DNA of 60,180 nucleotides, the filler included, from Squatina squatina (lineage: Eukaryota), in NCBI GenBank assembly GCA_031763465.1. It is 4 parts of 3 records of this genome, joined end to end, with 100 filler letters (N's around TTAATTAATTAA, not from the genome) between each part and the next. Parts side by side here need not be neighbours in the genome. Positions count along the whole stretch, not along the records: positions 46,124 to 60,180 come from JARFOE010000203.1; 3 more parts are not named here. One strand, written 5' to 3'. Made by a program: the position numbers and the translations under genes. Shown piece by piece: positions 48,291 through 60,180 of this stretch. The notes beneath the pieces are model-generated. The model was not told where the DNA came from. It saw only the letters and a program-made list of their open reading frames with translations, and ran no database searches. The first letter of the stretch is position 1, and every line of letters starts with the position of its first letter.

Positions 48291-50529
48291 AATGTGATGG
48301 GCGTGAATATTAAAGGAAACAGGGAAAAAATCAACACCTGTCTTATTAGTTTTTAAAAGCTGTCCTATTTGTGGTGTTTACAGTCTGTTTAGTGAGGTAC
48401 CAGTAAAAGATAAAACTGCTGGAAACTGAATATCAACAGAAAGTGGTGGAAATGCACCAAAGGTGGGATGAGGCAGATCAGTGCTTCAGGCGAGTTCCTC
48501 TGTTCCAGTGAGGGGGGCTCACTGAATGCTAGCCTGTCCTTTTCATTCCTATGATTTGCATTCACTTTCTTATTTATTTCTTGTTTTGTAACCTCCCCTC
48601 CCTATTCTCACTGGTGTTTGAAGATCTGATATCGGTGCAGAGGAATCGCAGTTCCAACCTTGTGCATCAGTGTGTGTAAACATCCTACACTCTCAGCTGT
48701 GGTCTGACTGAGCTGGGAGAGGGATGTTTGCTCATTCTGACACAGACTGAGCAGCAGTGAGCCAGCGAGACGCACGCAAAGGATTGTACCGGATTTGGTA
48801 GGGATTGTGTCAATCTTGTATCTACAGAATGATTGATCTTAAGGGAGAATCTGTAAATGTGGAAATCTGACATGTTGGAAATGCACATTGGGGCCTGTCA
48901 GCATCTGGTTAAAAGACCCATTAAAACTTCTAGTTAAGCTACCCTTTGGTTCACAGGTACCGTTTAGCCTGAGAGGCATCAATACATGACCCGATCTTGT
49001 TCTCTTCGCCTCCACCTGTACGCTCTTCAGCAGGAATGCTGGATAGTGATCAGGAACCCTGGCAACCTTTTTTCCCCCCTCTTNNNNNNNNNNNNNNNNN
49101 NNNNNNNNNNNNNNNNNNNNNNNNNNNNNNNNNNNNNNNNNNNNNNNNNNNNNNNNNNNNNNNNNNNNNNNNNNNNNNNNNNNTTGCAAGTTGTTTAATT
49201 AGCCAATCAATGGAATATACAACACCTGAAAGAAATGTTTTTGCTTCTCCCAGTAGTCGTGTCAAAGCAGACTTGACCTCCTCTGCTGAATAAGCAGAGT
49301 GTGTGAGCAGGGAGAGCAGGAGAGGTTGGGACTGTAAGGGTTAACAATCTTCCAGTGATACTGGATGGGGACCTGTAAATAGATTTATGTTGGTAAAAAT
49401 AGAAAAAGGTATCATGTCATGGGTCTGCAAGTGTATACATCATCTCCGAGAACTGCTACATCATCAGCTATAGCCCTGACCTTCGGAGAGAAAGCAGAAC
49501 AAGGCAGACTCGTGAATCACACAATGGAGGCAGCCATGCACGCTGACCCCAACCAGCTCTCACCAGTAACTGTGGGCTTTGAAGGGTATTTCATGCTTTT
49601 CAGAAGGTGTTGACTCATGCTGGAGCACAGTTCTTTGAACCCTCACCCAAGTTACCATTCTCCATATGTAAGTTTCACTGGGGTGGGTNNNNNNNNNNNN
49701 NNNNNNNNNNNNNNNNNNNNNNNNNNNNNNNNNNNNNNNNNNNNNNNNNNNNNNNNNNNNNNNNNNNNNNNNNNNNNNNNNNNNNNNNTGGCGAAGTGAA
49801 TGGTGGAGCACGTTTCCCCAACAAGCGTTGCGTGAATGCTGTAGAATTGCATCCTGTGAGCATCCTGTGCCCTGCAGACCGTACTTCCTGTGCCCACCTG
49901 TATTGACTCTTGAGGGGTAATACCCTGTGCAAGTTAATTGAAACAGAAGTAGAAGGGATCCCTCAGTGTTTGGTTCAGTGAAGCTGTCCCATTTTCTCAG
50001 GGCTTGCAACCATTTTTGGTAAATTGTCTTATACTTTGTTTGGGAACTTAGCCAAGGCAGTCCCCTCATTTATATGCTTTTCACAGATAAATATTCTGCA
50101 TGTTCGTGTTTTCATTATAATGAGATATTATAGACCATATATTATCCTTGAAGTGGAAAATCCGAACTGCTGATCCATATCAGTAGATTAATGCAGTAAT
50201 ATTCTCCTTTGCTGGCATGGCCCGCTGTTTAACAGCACTGAGAACTAAATGTGGAATTTCTTTGAAAAAAACGAAGTTGCTTTAGGTTGGAGACAATCCA
50301 TTTGCTGTTAAAGAGAGCAGGTCTTCGTCAGTAAGATAGAGTCATACAATCAACAGATTATAATATAGTCTGCATGGAAAGAGGCAGGTTTCAGCAATGT
50401 GGCAATTTGTACTTAACTTTGTATATATANNNNNNNNNNNNNNNNNNNNNNNNNNNNNNNNNNNNNNNNNNNNNNNNNNNNNNNNNNNNNNNNNNNNNNN
50501 NNNNNNNNNNNNNNNNNNNNNNNNNNNNN

Positions 50530-51184
50530 TGCCTTTTGAAAGTCCATATATACATCAACTGCATCACCATCCTCAGCCCACACTGCTACTTCAACAAAAA
50601 ACTCAATCAAGTTATCCTTTCACAAATCCATCCTTATTTTAATTTACTAATCCATACTTTGCCAAATGCGAATTAATTTTCGCCTGGATTATTGTCTCTA
50701 AAACTTTCTCCACCACCGACGTTAGCATAATTGGCCTGTCGTTGCCAGTATATCCCTTTCTCCTTTTTGTAAGCAGGAGTATATAACATTTGCAATCCTC
50801 CAGTCCTCTGGCACCACCCCCATATTCAAGGAGGTCTGTAATATTGTGGCCAGAGCCTCCCCAATTTGCACCCTGACTTCCCTCAGTAACCTGGGATTCA
50901 TCAAATCCAGACCAGGTGACTTTTCTAATTTGAGGACTGCCAACCTTTTCAGTACATCCTCTTTATCTATTTTTATCCTATCCAATATTGCAACTGCCTG
51001 GTCCCTTACTGCTATATTGGCAGCATCCTCTTCTCCAGTGAAGACAGATGCAAAGTGCTCATTTAGTACCCCAGCCATGCCCTTTGCCTCCACAAGAATA
51101 TCTCCTTTTTAGTCCTTACTTGGCCACACCTTTCTTTTGACTACCCTTTTGCTATTTGTGTTAACAAAAGACTTTTGGGTTCCC
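50530..51184 (-). mobile_element. CR1 LINE ORF2/RT N-terminal fragment
   Basis: MAGVLNEHFASVFT...KSPGLDLMNPRLLRE...VPEDWRIANV and AVDVYMDFQKA. Confidence 0.9.
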
Positions 51185-51284
51185 NNNNNNNNNNNNNNNN
51201 NNNNNNNNNNNNNNNNNNNNNNNNNNNNNNNNNNNNNNNNNNNNNNNNNNNNNNNNNNNNNNNNNNNNNNNNNNNNNNNNNNNN

Positions 51285-51845
51285 TGAGAGGGTTGTCCAA
51301 TGAGGAGAGATTGAGTAGACTGGGCCTACTCTCTCTGGAGTTTAGAAGAATGAGAGGTGATCTCAATGAAACATAAAATTCTGAGGGGGGGATTGACAGG
51401 GTCGATGCTGAGAGATTGCTTCCCCTGGTTATTTCCTCTAGGGGGCGTAGTTTCAGGATAAGCGGTCGGCCATTTAAGACTGATATGAGGAGGGATTTCT
51501 TGACTCAGCGAATTGTGAATCTTTGGAATTCTCTACCCTAAAGGGCTGTGAATGTTGAATCGATGCGTATATTCAATGCTGCGATAGATAGATTACATAG
51601 GATANNNNNNNNNNGCTCCACTCGAGCCTCCTCCCGTCTTTCCTCATCTAACTCTATCAGCATAACCCTCTATTCCCTTCTCCCTCATACGCTTGTCTAG
51701 CCTCCCCTTGATATTTGGACTCTAGGGAAATCAAGGAATATGGAGACCGGGTGGGAAAGTGGCACTGAGGTCGAAGCTCAGCCATGATCTTATTGAGTGG
51801 AGGAGCAGGCTCAAGTATGCAGGTCCTCCTAATTCTTATGTTCTT
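51285..51845 (+). mobile_element. CR1 LINE 3' end
   Basis: LSNEERLSRLGLLSLEFRRMRGDL...FLTQRIVNLWNSLP, with tail cctaattcttatgttctta. Confidence 0.85.
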
Positions 51846-54075
51846 AGAAGATATGAGGTTTAATTCCCAGTCTGCACTGAGTTAGCAGATCTCAATTCCC
51901 TTGTGTTTGGAAAATTATCACCATCCAATGCCTCTAATTGGAAAGTGCACATCTACGGATGTGGACACTGAGTGAGAACAGGTGTGGGATCATATGAGGC
52001 CTCTGTGGAAAATAACTTGCTAACAATCACAACTTGGACATGCTGTCTGAGCTCAGCCAATTGAGCACTCAGGCGAGGGACCGGGGCAATATCCAACAGA
52101 CAAAGAAACACGGCCAAGGGTTAACCGGTGACATTAGCAACTGAACGTTCTATTGACTACAATATCAATTTGGCCTTAAGATGAAAGGAGCAGACAGTGT
52201 ATTCAAGAGTTTAAATCTCTGAACATTATTATTTTAATAAGCGATCTGTTTCTTGTCAGAATTTAAATAGTTTGGTTTTTGCAGCTTGATTTAGGGACCG
52301 GTTTTGTTTAGATGACTATAAATTGCACACATAGAGTACATCAAACATGGAGGCTGAGGTTGGAACTGTGCATTCCAAACTGTGATACAAAGAAAAACAG
52401 CGAATGAGGGAAATCTGAAGTAAGAACAGAAGGTGCGGAGCATCTGAGTAGGCGATGACCTCAAACAGTTGCCTCAGTGGAGTTGTGTCTCTCTTACATT
52501 AAATAACTGACAGTCTCTTTCTCTTTTCCCCCCATATCTGCCTGTGTAATGAAAAGAAACAGGGTCTCAGCTGCAGCTCACCTGGATACAGTAGGTGTGT
52601 GGACAGTGCCGTTGGCAGGCAGTGTGCTGTAAGGGAGGTACTGTGGCAGTGCTGTTGGTTAATGCCATTGAATCATTGCTGTTGTGGAACCAGCCTCAGG
52701 GTGAGGTGCATGATTAATTAGCACCATCAGAAATGTTTGTATTGCTTGTTGCATTTGCAACTAACCAACAATGTGACANNNNNNNNNNNNNNNNNNNNNN
52801 NNNNNNNNNNNNNNNNNNNNNNNNNNNNNNNNNNNNNNNNNNNNNNNNNNNNNNNNNNNNNNNNNNNNNNNNNNNNNNCAGGAACATACTATTCACACAT
52901 TATTGAGCTGATGTTAAACCAGCTCTAAACTGTAGCTAACAATTTTCACCACCCTGAGCAGTGTGAAACAGAGGTTTGCAATAGAGAATTCAGCAGGGAA
53001 AGCCTTGATAGAATTATGAAAGTGGAAAAATTATGTATTCTAATTCAGTAATCAGACTTGTGATTTAATATTCTATGCGATGGTTCAGAAAGTGATAGTC
53101 CACAGCGGTACTCTCTCCAGCTTCACTGGGCTATATAGGTACAAATACCTGAACTCTGTCTTCAGGTTTTTCCCTTAATTTGGGAGCTCTGGGATTGACA
53201 GTACACAACCCAAACACGTCTTCCTCCAGCACAGGGCTCGCGAAGAGCTAGTCTCCTCGAATTCTGAATGGGCGTGGGCCCCGTTAACCAAGGTTTGACC
53301 ATTAACTGTTGGGTCTGCCCAGCGGCAGGCCTTGCTGTAGGCTGAAGAACACTATATGCTGGCATTTTGAGTGCCTGTCTACTGGGACCNNNNNNNNNNA
53401 CCTATACCAGGGGCTAGAGAAAAAGTAACTCTGTGCAGGGTTGAAAATTGGAGTCTTTTGGGAGGAGCAGCTAATTTGTATTTTTCCCAGAGGCATTTAG
53501 ATGGTGAAAAAGAGAAGGGTATGGAGTAACAGACCTGGCTCTTTGCTGACTCAGTCCAAGCTAACCCTTGCATTAATATCCATCATTTATAAAATGAACC
53601 TGCTGTGTACCTAAAACTAAATCTTACTAAATAGCCATTTCAGCACTCCAGGTGTCCTTCCCAGCACTGCTGTCTACATCTGTTTCTGTAACTTCCCTAC
53701 ATATGTCTGTTCCCTTTGCTCACCAAAGAACCTTTTTTTGCTTAGCTAGATTATGGGAGGAATTATCATTGATAATGCTTCGCCTGTTTGCTGAAGTGAG
53801 AAATCTAGATGAAGGGTCAGAGCTGTTAGGGCAAAACACCACCAAGGTTGAAATGAGTAGGAGCGAAGATTAGGGAAGTTGGGTAGCAGCTTGCCAAATA
53901 TAACTAGGCACTTAATATTAAAGACTTGTTGCTTTCATTACACGAGGGGTGTCTGAGTGAGGTGGGTGACCTCCANNNNNNNNNNNNNNNNNNNNNNNNN
54001 NNNNNNNNNNNNNNNNNNNNNNNNNNNNNNNNNNNNNNNNNNNNNNNNNNNNNNNNNNNNNNNNNNNNNNNNNNN

Positions 54076-54245
54076 CGGTTTAATATCTCATCCAAAAGAC
54101 AGCACCTCCAACAGTGCAGCACTCCCTCAGCAATGTACTAGGAGTGTCAGCCTAGGTTGTTGTGCTCAAGTCTCTGGAGTGGGACTTGAACCCACAACCT
54201 TCTGACGCAGAGGCGAGAGAGAGCTACCCACTGAGCCACAGCTAC
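54076..54245 (-). mobile_element. Deu-type SINE 5' part
   Basis: gtgggacttgaacccacaaccttctgac...ctacccactgagcca is the tRNA-like head. Confidence 0.8.
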
Positions 54246-54665
54246 CCTGGCTACCCTACCTCAGGAGAGAGAATAAGAGATCAGCAGGAGATCCTGCTCC
54301 TGATCGATGTTTTGTGCTCCCTGGTGGATATTTATAAAATAGCCACAGCACATCAAACAGGAAATTCATTGTGCCACATAAACGGAAGTGTTGCTATTAG
54401 AACTGGGAGTCAGTGACTGGCCCGTGTGTAAAAGGAGGAGGAGAAGAATGCTCCTCTTGGTTGAAAAGCCTGCTGACAGTCTCGACTCACATCTGAAGGT
54501 TGGTCACTTGGGTATGGGACTGGAGGGCTACTGGAAATTGTTAGGTTGTTTCCCAACGTGAGTTAGCACCTTCAGCAGATGATGGGGAGAGGACAGTAAT
54601 ATTACCAACTTGGAGCTTAAACATTAGTTCCAGCTCTTCATATTCATCTCCTTTCTGCCTTTCAG

Positions 54666-54841
54666 ATTTTATTGTATTTGTCGCCTCTGTTGCGGTGATA
54701 GCCGCTGGGACCAAGGGGAATATCTTTGCCACCTCAGCACTTCGCAGCATGAGGTTCCTACAGATTCTCCGGATGGTGCGGATGGATCGTAGAGGAGGAA
54801 CCTGGAAACTATTGGGATCTGTTGTGTATGCTCACAGTAAG
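54666..54841 (+). CDS. KCNQ4: KCNQ4 (Kv7.4) S3-S4-linker exon
   Basis: tttcag|AT...AAG|gtcagt, 176 nt. [59 protein letters not shown] has KCNQ4-specific residues. Confidence 0.93.
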
Positions 54842-55674
54842 GTCAGTCCAAGCTTTGTATCTCTCGGATTTTCTTCCCTCTCCTGCCCTACTTTAGTTCC
54901 ACCACGTTTTATTGCCAAGTTTCACACCTCCTCTTCTGAAAGCATTGGCTTCTTGATGGGGTAAGAGTCCAGAGAGAGCTGGTATGAAGCTGAACTGAAG
55001 CTTAAGCCTGTCTTTTTCTAATGTCCGTACGTATGCAATACTGGAAGTGGTCACTGAATACTGATCAGGGGTGGGGACCATGGCTGATTTTCTCCTTCCA
55101 AAGTTAGGGCAACCAAAGCAATTTGTAACTCTCTAATACAATAGCAAAATACTGCGGATGCTGGAATCTGAAATAAAAACTGAAAATGATGGAAATACTC
55201 AGCNNNNNNNNNNNNNNNNNNNNNNNNNNNNNNNNNNNNNNNNNNNNNNNNNNNNNNNNNNNNNNNNNNNNNNNNNNNNNNNNNNNNNNNNNNNNNNNNN
55301 NNNCTAGCTTTTTAATTCCAGGTAATTTTTTTTTTAATTAACTGATGTTCTCAATACATCCTGTCCTTACCGAAGTGCCATGAGTGACCCCACACCTTGC
55401 TGCAGAGTTTGTTTGGCTTTCCGTTGTAGTGTGTTTTATTTCTGTGCTGTCAAGCTGCGATGTCGCTGCCCTTTGACATTGTTCCTCTCCTGTTGGTTCT
55501 GACTTTTTCCGGTTTAGATAAGGGAGCTGGTTGTGTTGTGCCATTCACAGCCCCATCCCCACAGCTTAGCCCATTTCCCTAACAAGGGGATTAGATAAGA
55601 AATACTTCTTGACGCAATAGAATGATTTAAACTGGGTATAAAATTCAATTAAAAAAGAATCTCTAATTTTACAG

Positions 55675-55785
55675 GTTACACTAACAACAATCGGCTATGG
55701 CGATAAAACACCACAGACGTGGCTTGGTCGAATGCTGGCAGCAGGATTTGCACTATTAGGAGTCTCTTTCTTTGCTCTACCAGCT
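55675..55785 (+). CDS. KCNQ4: KCNQ4 pore/selectivity filter-S6 exon
   Basis: tttacag|GTT...GCT|gtaagt, 111 nt. [37 protein letters not shown] contains the TIGYG filter. Confidence 0.95.
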
Positions 55786-56779
55786 GTAAGTATATGGGAT
55801 AGCTGCTAGAAATGGCTTAGAATGAAGTTAGGAATCAGTGCCTTAAGTTAAAACAAACTGGCGACTATGTGTTTTCAGTTGAGAAGTTAAACACTTTCAA
55901 TTTCCGGCACCACTTGTCGTCACAGGCCATGACTCAAGCCACTGAAATCCCCTTTGTGTGCTGGCTATTGGGGTCCTATGTTTGGAAGACTAGCAGGTGA
56001 AGGGAGTTAGAATCATAGACTGATAGACTAAGGAGGCCATTCGGACCATCGTGCCTGTGCCGACTCTTTGAAAGAGCTGTCCAACCAGTCCCCCAACCTC
56101 CCCCACCACCCCACCCCGGCTCGTTCCCCAGAGTATGTATCCGATTTCCTTTGAAAGTTATTACCTTTCAGGTAGTGTGTTCCAGGATAGACCCAGCCGA
56201 GGTGGCAGNNNNNNNNNNNNNNNNNNNNNNNNNNNNNNNNNNNNNNNNNNNNNNNNNNNNNNNNNNNNNNNNNNNNNNNNNNNNNNNNNNNNNNNNNNNN
56301 NNNNNNNNNNNNNNNNNNNNNNNNNNNNNNNNNNNNNNNNNNNNNNNNNNNNNNNNNNNNNNNNNNNNNNNNNNNNNNNNNNNNNNNNNNNNNNNNNNNN
56401 NNNNNNNNNNNNNNNNNNNNNNNNNNNNNNNNNNNNNNNNNNNNNNNNNNNNNNNNNNNNNNNNNNNNNNNNNNNNNNNNNNNNNNNNNNNNNNNNNNNN
56501 NNNNNNNNNNNNNNNNNNNNNNNNNNNNNNNNNNNNNNNNNNNNNNNNNNNNNNNNNNNNNNNNNNNNNNNNNNNNNNNNNNNNNNNNNNNNNNNNNNNN
56601 NNNNNNNNNNNNNNNNNNNNNNNNNNNNNNNNNNNNNNNNNNNAGGTGCACCTTGTGGCGGCATCTGAGTTCACTCTTAAGCCCAGACCCAAATAAGCAC
56701 AAAATCCACAAGTTATTTTTCAAAATGTGTGACTCTTTACCTTCTTCTCATTGCTTCTACTTGGCCAGATTAATGTGCC

Positions 56780-58235
56780 CCGATGACTCATTGGCTAAAT
56801 GAGCTGCCCCATGTGCTGCTGAGCCGTACAGGTTGATCATGAGTTTGCTGATCTCAGCTGAGGCTGAGGCAGAGATGCAATAATTGGCCTCAGGCTCCTC
56901 GGCTAGGCAGGGGAAAAATCAGCCAGGGGTTCTGTTATTGATTATTATCCAGAGCACCCAGCTACGGAGAGGTTGTCGTTTGTTTCTGCTGCCCCCATGG
57001 CCTGACATCGCTCGCTGTCGAAGCTCACATGTGAAGAATGGGCAGTTGGACAATGTATTGGAGGGAAGCTGGTCCTTGTGGGGCCACTTTCAGTAAAGGT
57101 CAGCAACTTCAGGAAAGGAGGATCGAAAGTTGGAAGGAAAAAGCAATGCTTTAAGAATCTGATTCCGATATTTTCTTATCTTGTCACTGAAAATACTGAC
57201 CGTGCAATTTAGACCATAGTAACTGACTGTGTTTGTGTTGCTTGCAGGGAATTTTGGGTTCAGGGTTTGCTCTCAAAGTTCAAGAACAACATCGACAGAA
57301 ACACTTTGAAAAAAGGAGAACCCCTGCCGCCACTCTCATTCAGGTGAGTGTAGAATTATCCATTCTGTCAGCATCATATGGCATCACATGAGTGAAGGTT
57401 ACAGTCGCAACAAACCATTTCGATGGTCTGACAGAGCCGTCATGCNNNNNNNNNNNNNNNNNNNNNNNNNNNNNNNNNNNNNNNNNNNNNNNNNNNNNNN
57501 NNNNNNNNNNNNNNNNNNNNNNNNNNNNNNNNNNNNNNNNNNNNNTTAAAAATGACGCCTTGAACTCAGGTCTGAGCAGCACACTTTGTACATTCTGCTA
57601 CATCCTTTTGAAAATTCTGAAGCTATAATTCTTGTTCAGTACTGACGCTCAAACCTTGTTCTGTGTCGGTGAAGTATGTAAAGCCAGGAAGATAAACCCA
57701 TAAAGCTGTGGAATGTCAAAAGGCAATTTGATCCATTGATTCAGCTTTCAAATGGCTATGTCCTACACGCCCACTCACGGACATCTTAAATTTATCTCCG
57801 AATCTCTGTTTATAAACTACATTCAAAAAGGGACTTGATTTCAACAGTATGAAAAAGCCACGATTAAGCAGCTTCCTAGTGGCTCAGTGGATGCCAGCTA
57901 GTGAGGTACTGCGTGACTGCAGGAAGTCTGCAGGTTCCATTTCTGCTCTTCTCTAGGATGACACAGAGGGCTACAACTGGCCGAAAAGTCCTGTGCGAGG
58001 GAAGGGGAAAACCAACCAGGATTCCAGCTCTTGATGGTCTATCCAATGACCTCCACTGGAAACTGTGAATAAGGAGATTGGTTAGCAGCAGCATTGGGCT
58101 CGGTTGTGATGCCCTCAGTGGTTGATGATTTTCACATGAGAACTGGCCACTTGTGTTGAGGCACTGGAGGGCAGTTGGGCTTCTGTGGAACCAACCCCTA
58201 GAAAAAGTCAGCATCTGAAGAGGAGGGAGAAACCT
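56780..58235 (+). repeat. Two copies (~56780-57130, ~57875-58235) of an old unclassified SINE-like repeat, also seen ~51850-52090, ~54420-54560 and ~59870-60070(-)
   Basis: Shared motifs tggctca/ggctaa head, gctgatctcagct, gggaaaa-cagccagg, gaa-tggccacttg, gtcagca...aggag. Confidence 0.55.
57248..57343 (+). CDS. KCNQ4: KCNQ4 S6 end / helix A exon
   Basis: ttgcag|GGA...CAG|gtgagt, 96 nt. [32 protein letters not shown]. Confidence 0.95.
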
Positions 58236-58667
58236 GGGACAAGAGCATTGAGTTCAGATGCTCATTCCTGCAGATAGAGTGGGTCCACACCACAGTTCTG
58301 TGACAGGATCTGATGTGTATCTTTGTTGAGATTCTTCACGGACCCTCCTCTAGTGCAAAAATATTGGTCTTGGGGACTTCTTCTACTAAAATAGATGAAA
58401 ATACTGCTGGGAGCATTTCCTCCTTGGTTGCAGCTGGGTGGTGTGCTCATATTGTAGCACGGTTTCCACTCTGTCCCTCGGTCTTGGTCAGGGATGGTAA
58501 TGTTGGGAATTGGAACTTGCCACCACAAAGAAATCCTGAACAGCTTTTCCCTCGACACCAAAATGCAAACCATGCAAAAAAATGAAAGATACTGTCTCTT
58601 TAAGAGAGTCTGAATGTTTAGCATCAGAAAGGAATGATCATTTTCATTTGTTAAAACCGAACTCTAG

Positions 58668-58820
58668 AGAACTGGCACATATGCTTGAATCACTGAGCCG
58701 TTGGCGCAATGGTGGACTTAGAAATTCAGACTGCAAAAAATTGCAAGAAGAATCCCCACGGATACATGCATTTCATTCAAGTCAAAGACTAATTGTCCCC
58801 CCCTGTAATGTGGGGGAGAG
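58668..58820 (+). CDS. KCNQ4: KCNQ4 cassette exon (exon 9-like, helix A-B linker)
   Basis: ctctag|A GAA CTG...GAG AG|gtaggt, 153 nt, phase 2-2. RELAHMLESLSRWRNGGLRN...CNVGE resembles recalled human [20 protein letters not shown]...FCPGES. Confidence 0.8.
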
Positions 58821-59270
58821 GTAGGTGACAAATATATTTACCTCANNNNNNNNNNNNNNNNNNNNNNNNNNNNNNNNNNNNNNNNNNNNNNNNNNNNNNN
58901 NNNNNNNNNNNNNNNNNNNNNNNNNNNNNNNNNNNNNNNNNNNNNNNNNNNNNNNNNNNNNNNNNNNNNNNNNNNNNNNNNNNNNNNNNNNNNNNNNNNN
59001 NNNNNNNNNNNNNNNNNNNNNNNNNNNNNNNNNNNNNNNNNNNNNNNNNNNNNNNNNNNNNNNNNNNNNNNNNNNNNNNNNNNNNNNNNNNNNNNNNNNN
59101 NNNNNNNNNNNNNNNNNNNNNNNNNNNNNNNNNNNNNNNNNNNNNNNNNNNNNNNNNNNNNNNNNNNNNNNNNNNNNNNNNNNNNNNNNNNNNNNNTGCG
59201 TCTGCTTTATTTCTATCATCCCCTAATATGTACAGTAACATTATACTTTTATCTTCTTCTTGACTCCTAG

Positions 59271-59327
59271 TCATCTCTTTAATAGTAAAAAGAATTTCTT
59301 CCGGATTCAGAGCACACGGAAACAGAG
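59271..59327 (+). CDS. KCNQ4: Probable second KCNQ4 short cassette exon
   Basis: Pyrimidine tract-ctcctag|T CAT CTC...CAG AG|gtatca, 57 nt, phase 2-2, open frame (S)HLFNSKKNFFRIQSTRKQ. Same phase as the preceding cassette. Confidence 0.6.
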
Positions 59328-60180
59328 GTATCAAGCGCCTGGATGGGTCACGTGATCCATGGAATGCCGGCTAACTGAATCTGCATGACCCCTCCCCCCT
59401 CAGTCCCAGAATTCCTTGCTTCAGCTGGCATTGGAGACTAGCCTGCTCTCCAATAGGTAGACTCTTAGATGCTTGATGTTGGATGACTTTTGTGCCTGGT
59501 TCTTGCATGAGATGATGGGTTTATTCATTTGATAATCAATGTACTCATTTATTAACCCTCTGAAATTCCAAACTAAGTTATGATTAACTTGGAGTTCCAG
59601 ATGCTCCATGGCCTTTTCTGCTGTCCCTGTGGGAATATTGTTTTGTGTTGCTCAGAGATTGTCGACCCGCTATCTGGTAGGCCTCTCCAAATGGTGGAAG
59701 ATCTTGCATCTAACTTGTTTAATGCTGATCCATCATCTCTAGACTGTGAACTAGAGGAGATTGATTCAATAAATATGATGTTTTAAAAGGGAAGGGCACC
59801 GAGAGAATCTTGCTTTAGTGTTACATTTGTTTGCCTCTATTTCCTGCTGTGCTGAAATTGATGACATGGGTATAGTTCCACGAGTGCTGGGGCCTCCCTC
59901 ACCAAACGGACCATTCTCCATGTGTGAGTCTGAACAATGAGTTTCGTCAGGTTATTCAACTATTGAGACTTCACAGCCAAGCTTCACCCAGTTCTCACCT
60001 GACATCCACCTTCCAGCAGGGAACACTTAGGCCCATTGTAATGCCTCCACTGTCAACCCAGCTGAGATTAGATAAGTTAGCATGAATCAGGACTGGGATC
60101 TGGAGCATTGATGACCTGAGCTCCAGGAGAAGGCCCCTGAAGTGTAATTTTCACCTGGGTGTTTGATTTATTGGCTTTCC

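Noticed and set aside
54842-55674. Apparent loss of the KCNQ4 S5 exon (also KCNQ4 exon 8 and PTPRD FN1/FN2 exons)
   Set aside because: Each missing exon coincides with a 100-N gap of unknown size, so this is best explained as an assembly artefact.
15048-57343. Apparent LAR-RPTP plus KCNQ4 linkage echoing human PTPRF-KCNQ4 on 1p34
   Set aside because: The genes are on different scaffolds separated by artificial linkers, and the phosphatase looks more PTPRD-like.

Overview
Eukaryotic vertebrate genomic DNA, most likely from a cartilaginous fish. That assignment is inferred from the CR1, Deu-SINE and Penelope-type repeat landscape and from slowly evolving genes. The window is not contiguous: four unrelated gap-rich scaffolds are joined by artificial N44-TTAATTAATTAA-N44 linkers at 14772, 30154 and 46068. 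Scaffold A (1-14727) has three KIAA1549L exons (+) and a convergent C11orf91 orthologue (-) that carries an in-frame TAG. Scaffold B (14828-30109) has exons of a PTPRD-like LAR-family receptor phosphatase, including the 18-nt meA6 microexon. Scaffold C (30210-46023) is AT-rich and mostly non-coding, with a decayed Tigger/TIGD-like transposase, a hAT MITE with an internal minisatellite, CNE-like blocks and a few orphan exon candidates. Scaffold D (46124-60180) has KCNQ4 exons (S3-S4, pore/S6, helix A, two frame-preserving cassette exons) and a Penelope-type repeat with a minimal hammerhead ribozyme core. I found no prokaryotic features, no CRISPR array and no clearly novel multi-gene system. 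Gene identities come from my recall of vertebrate protein sequences, not from database searches.
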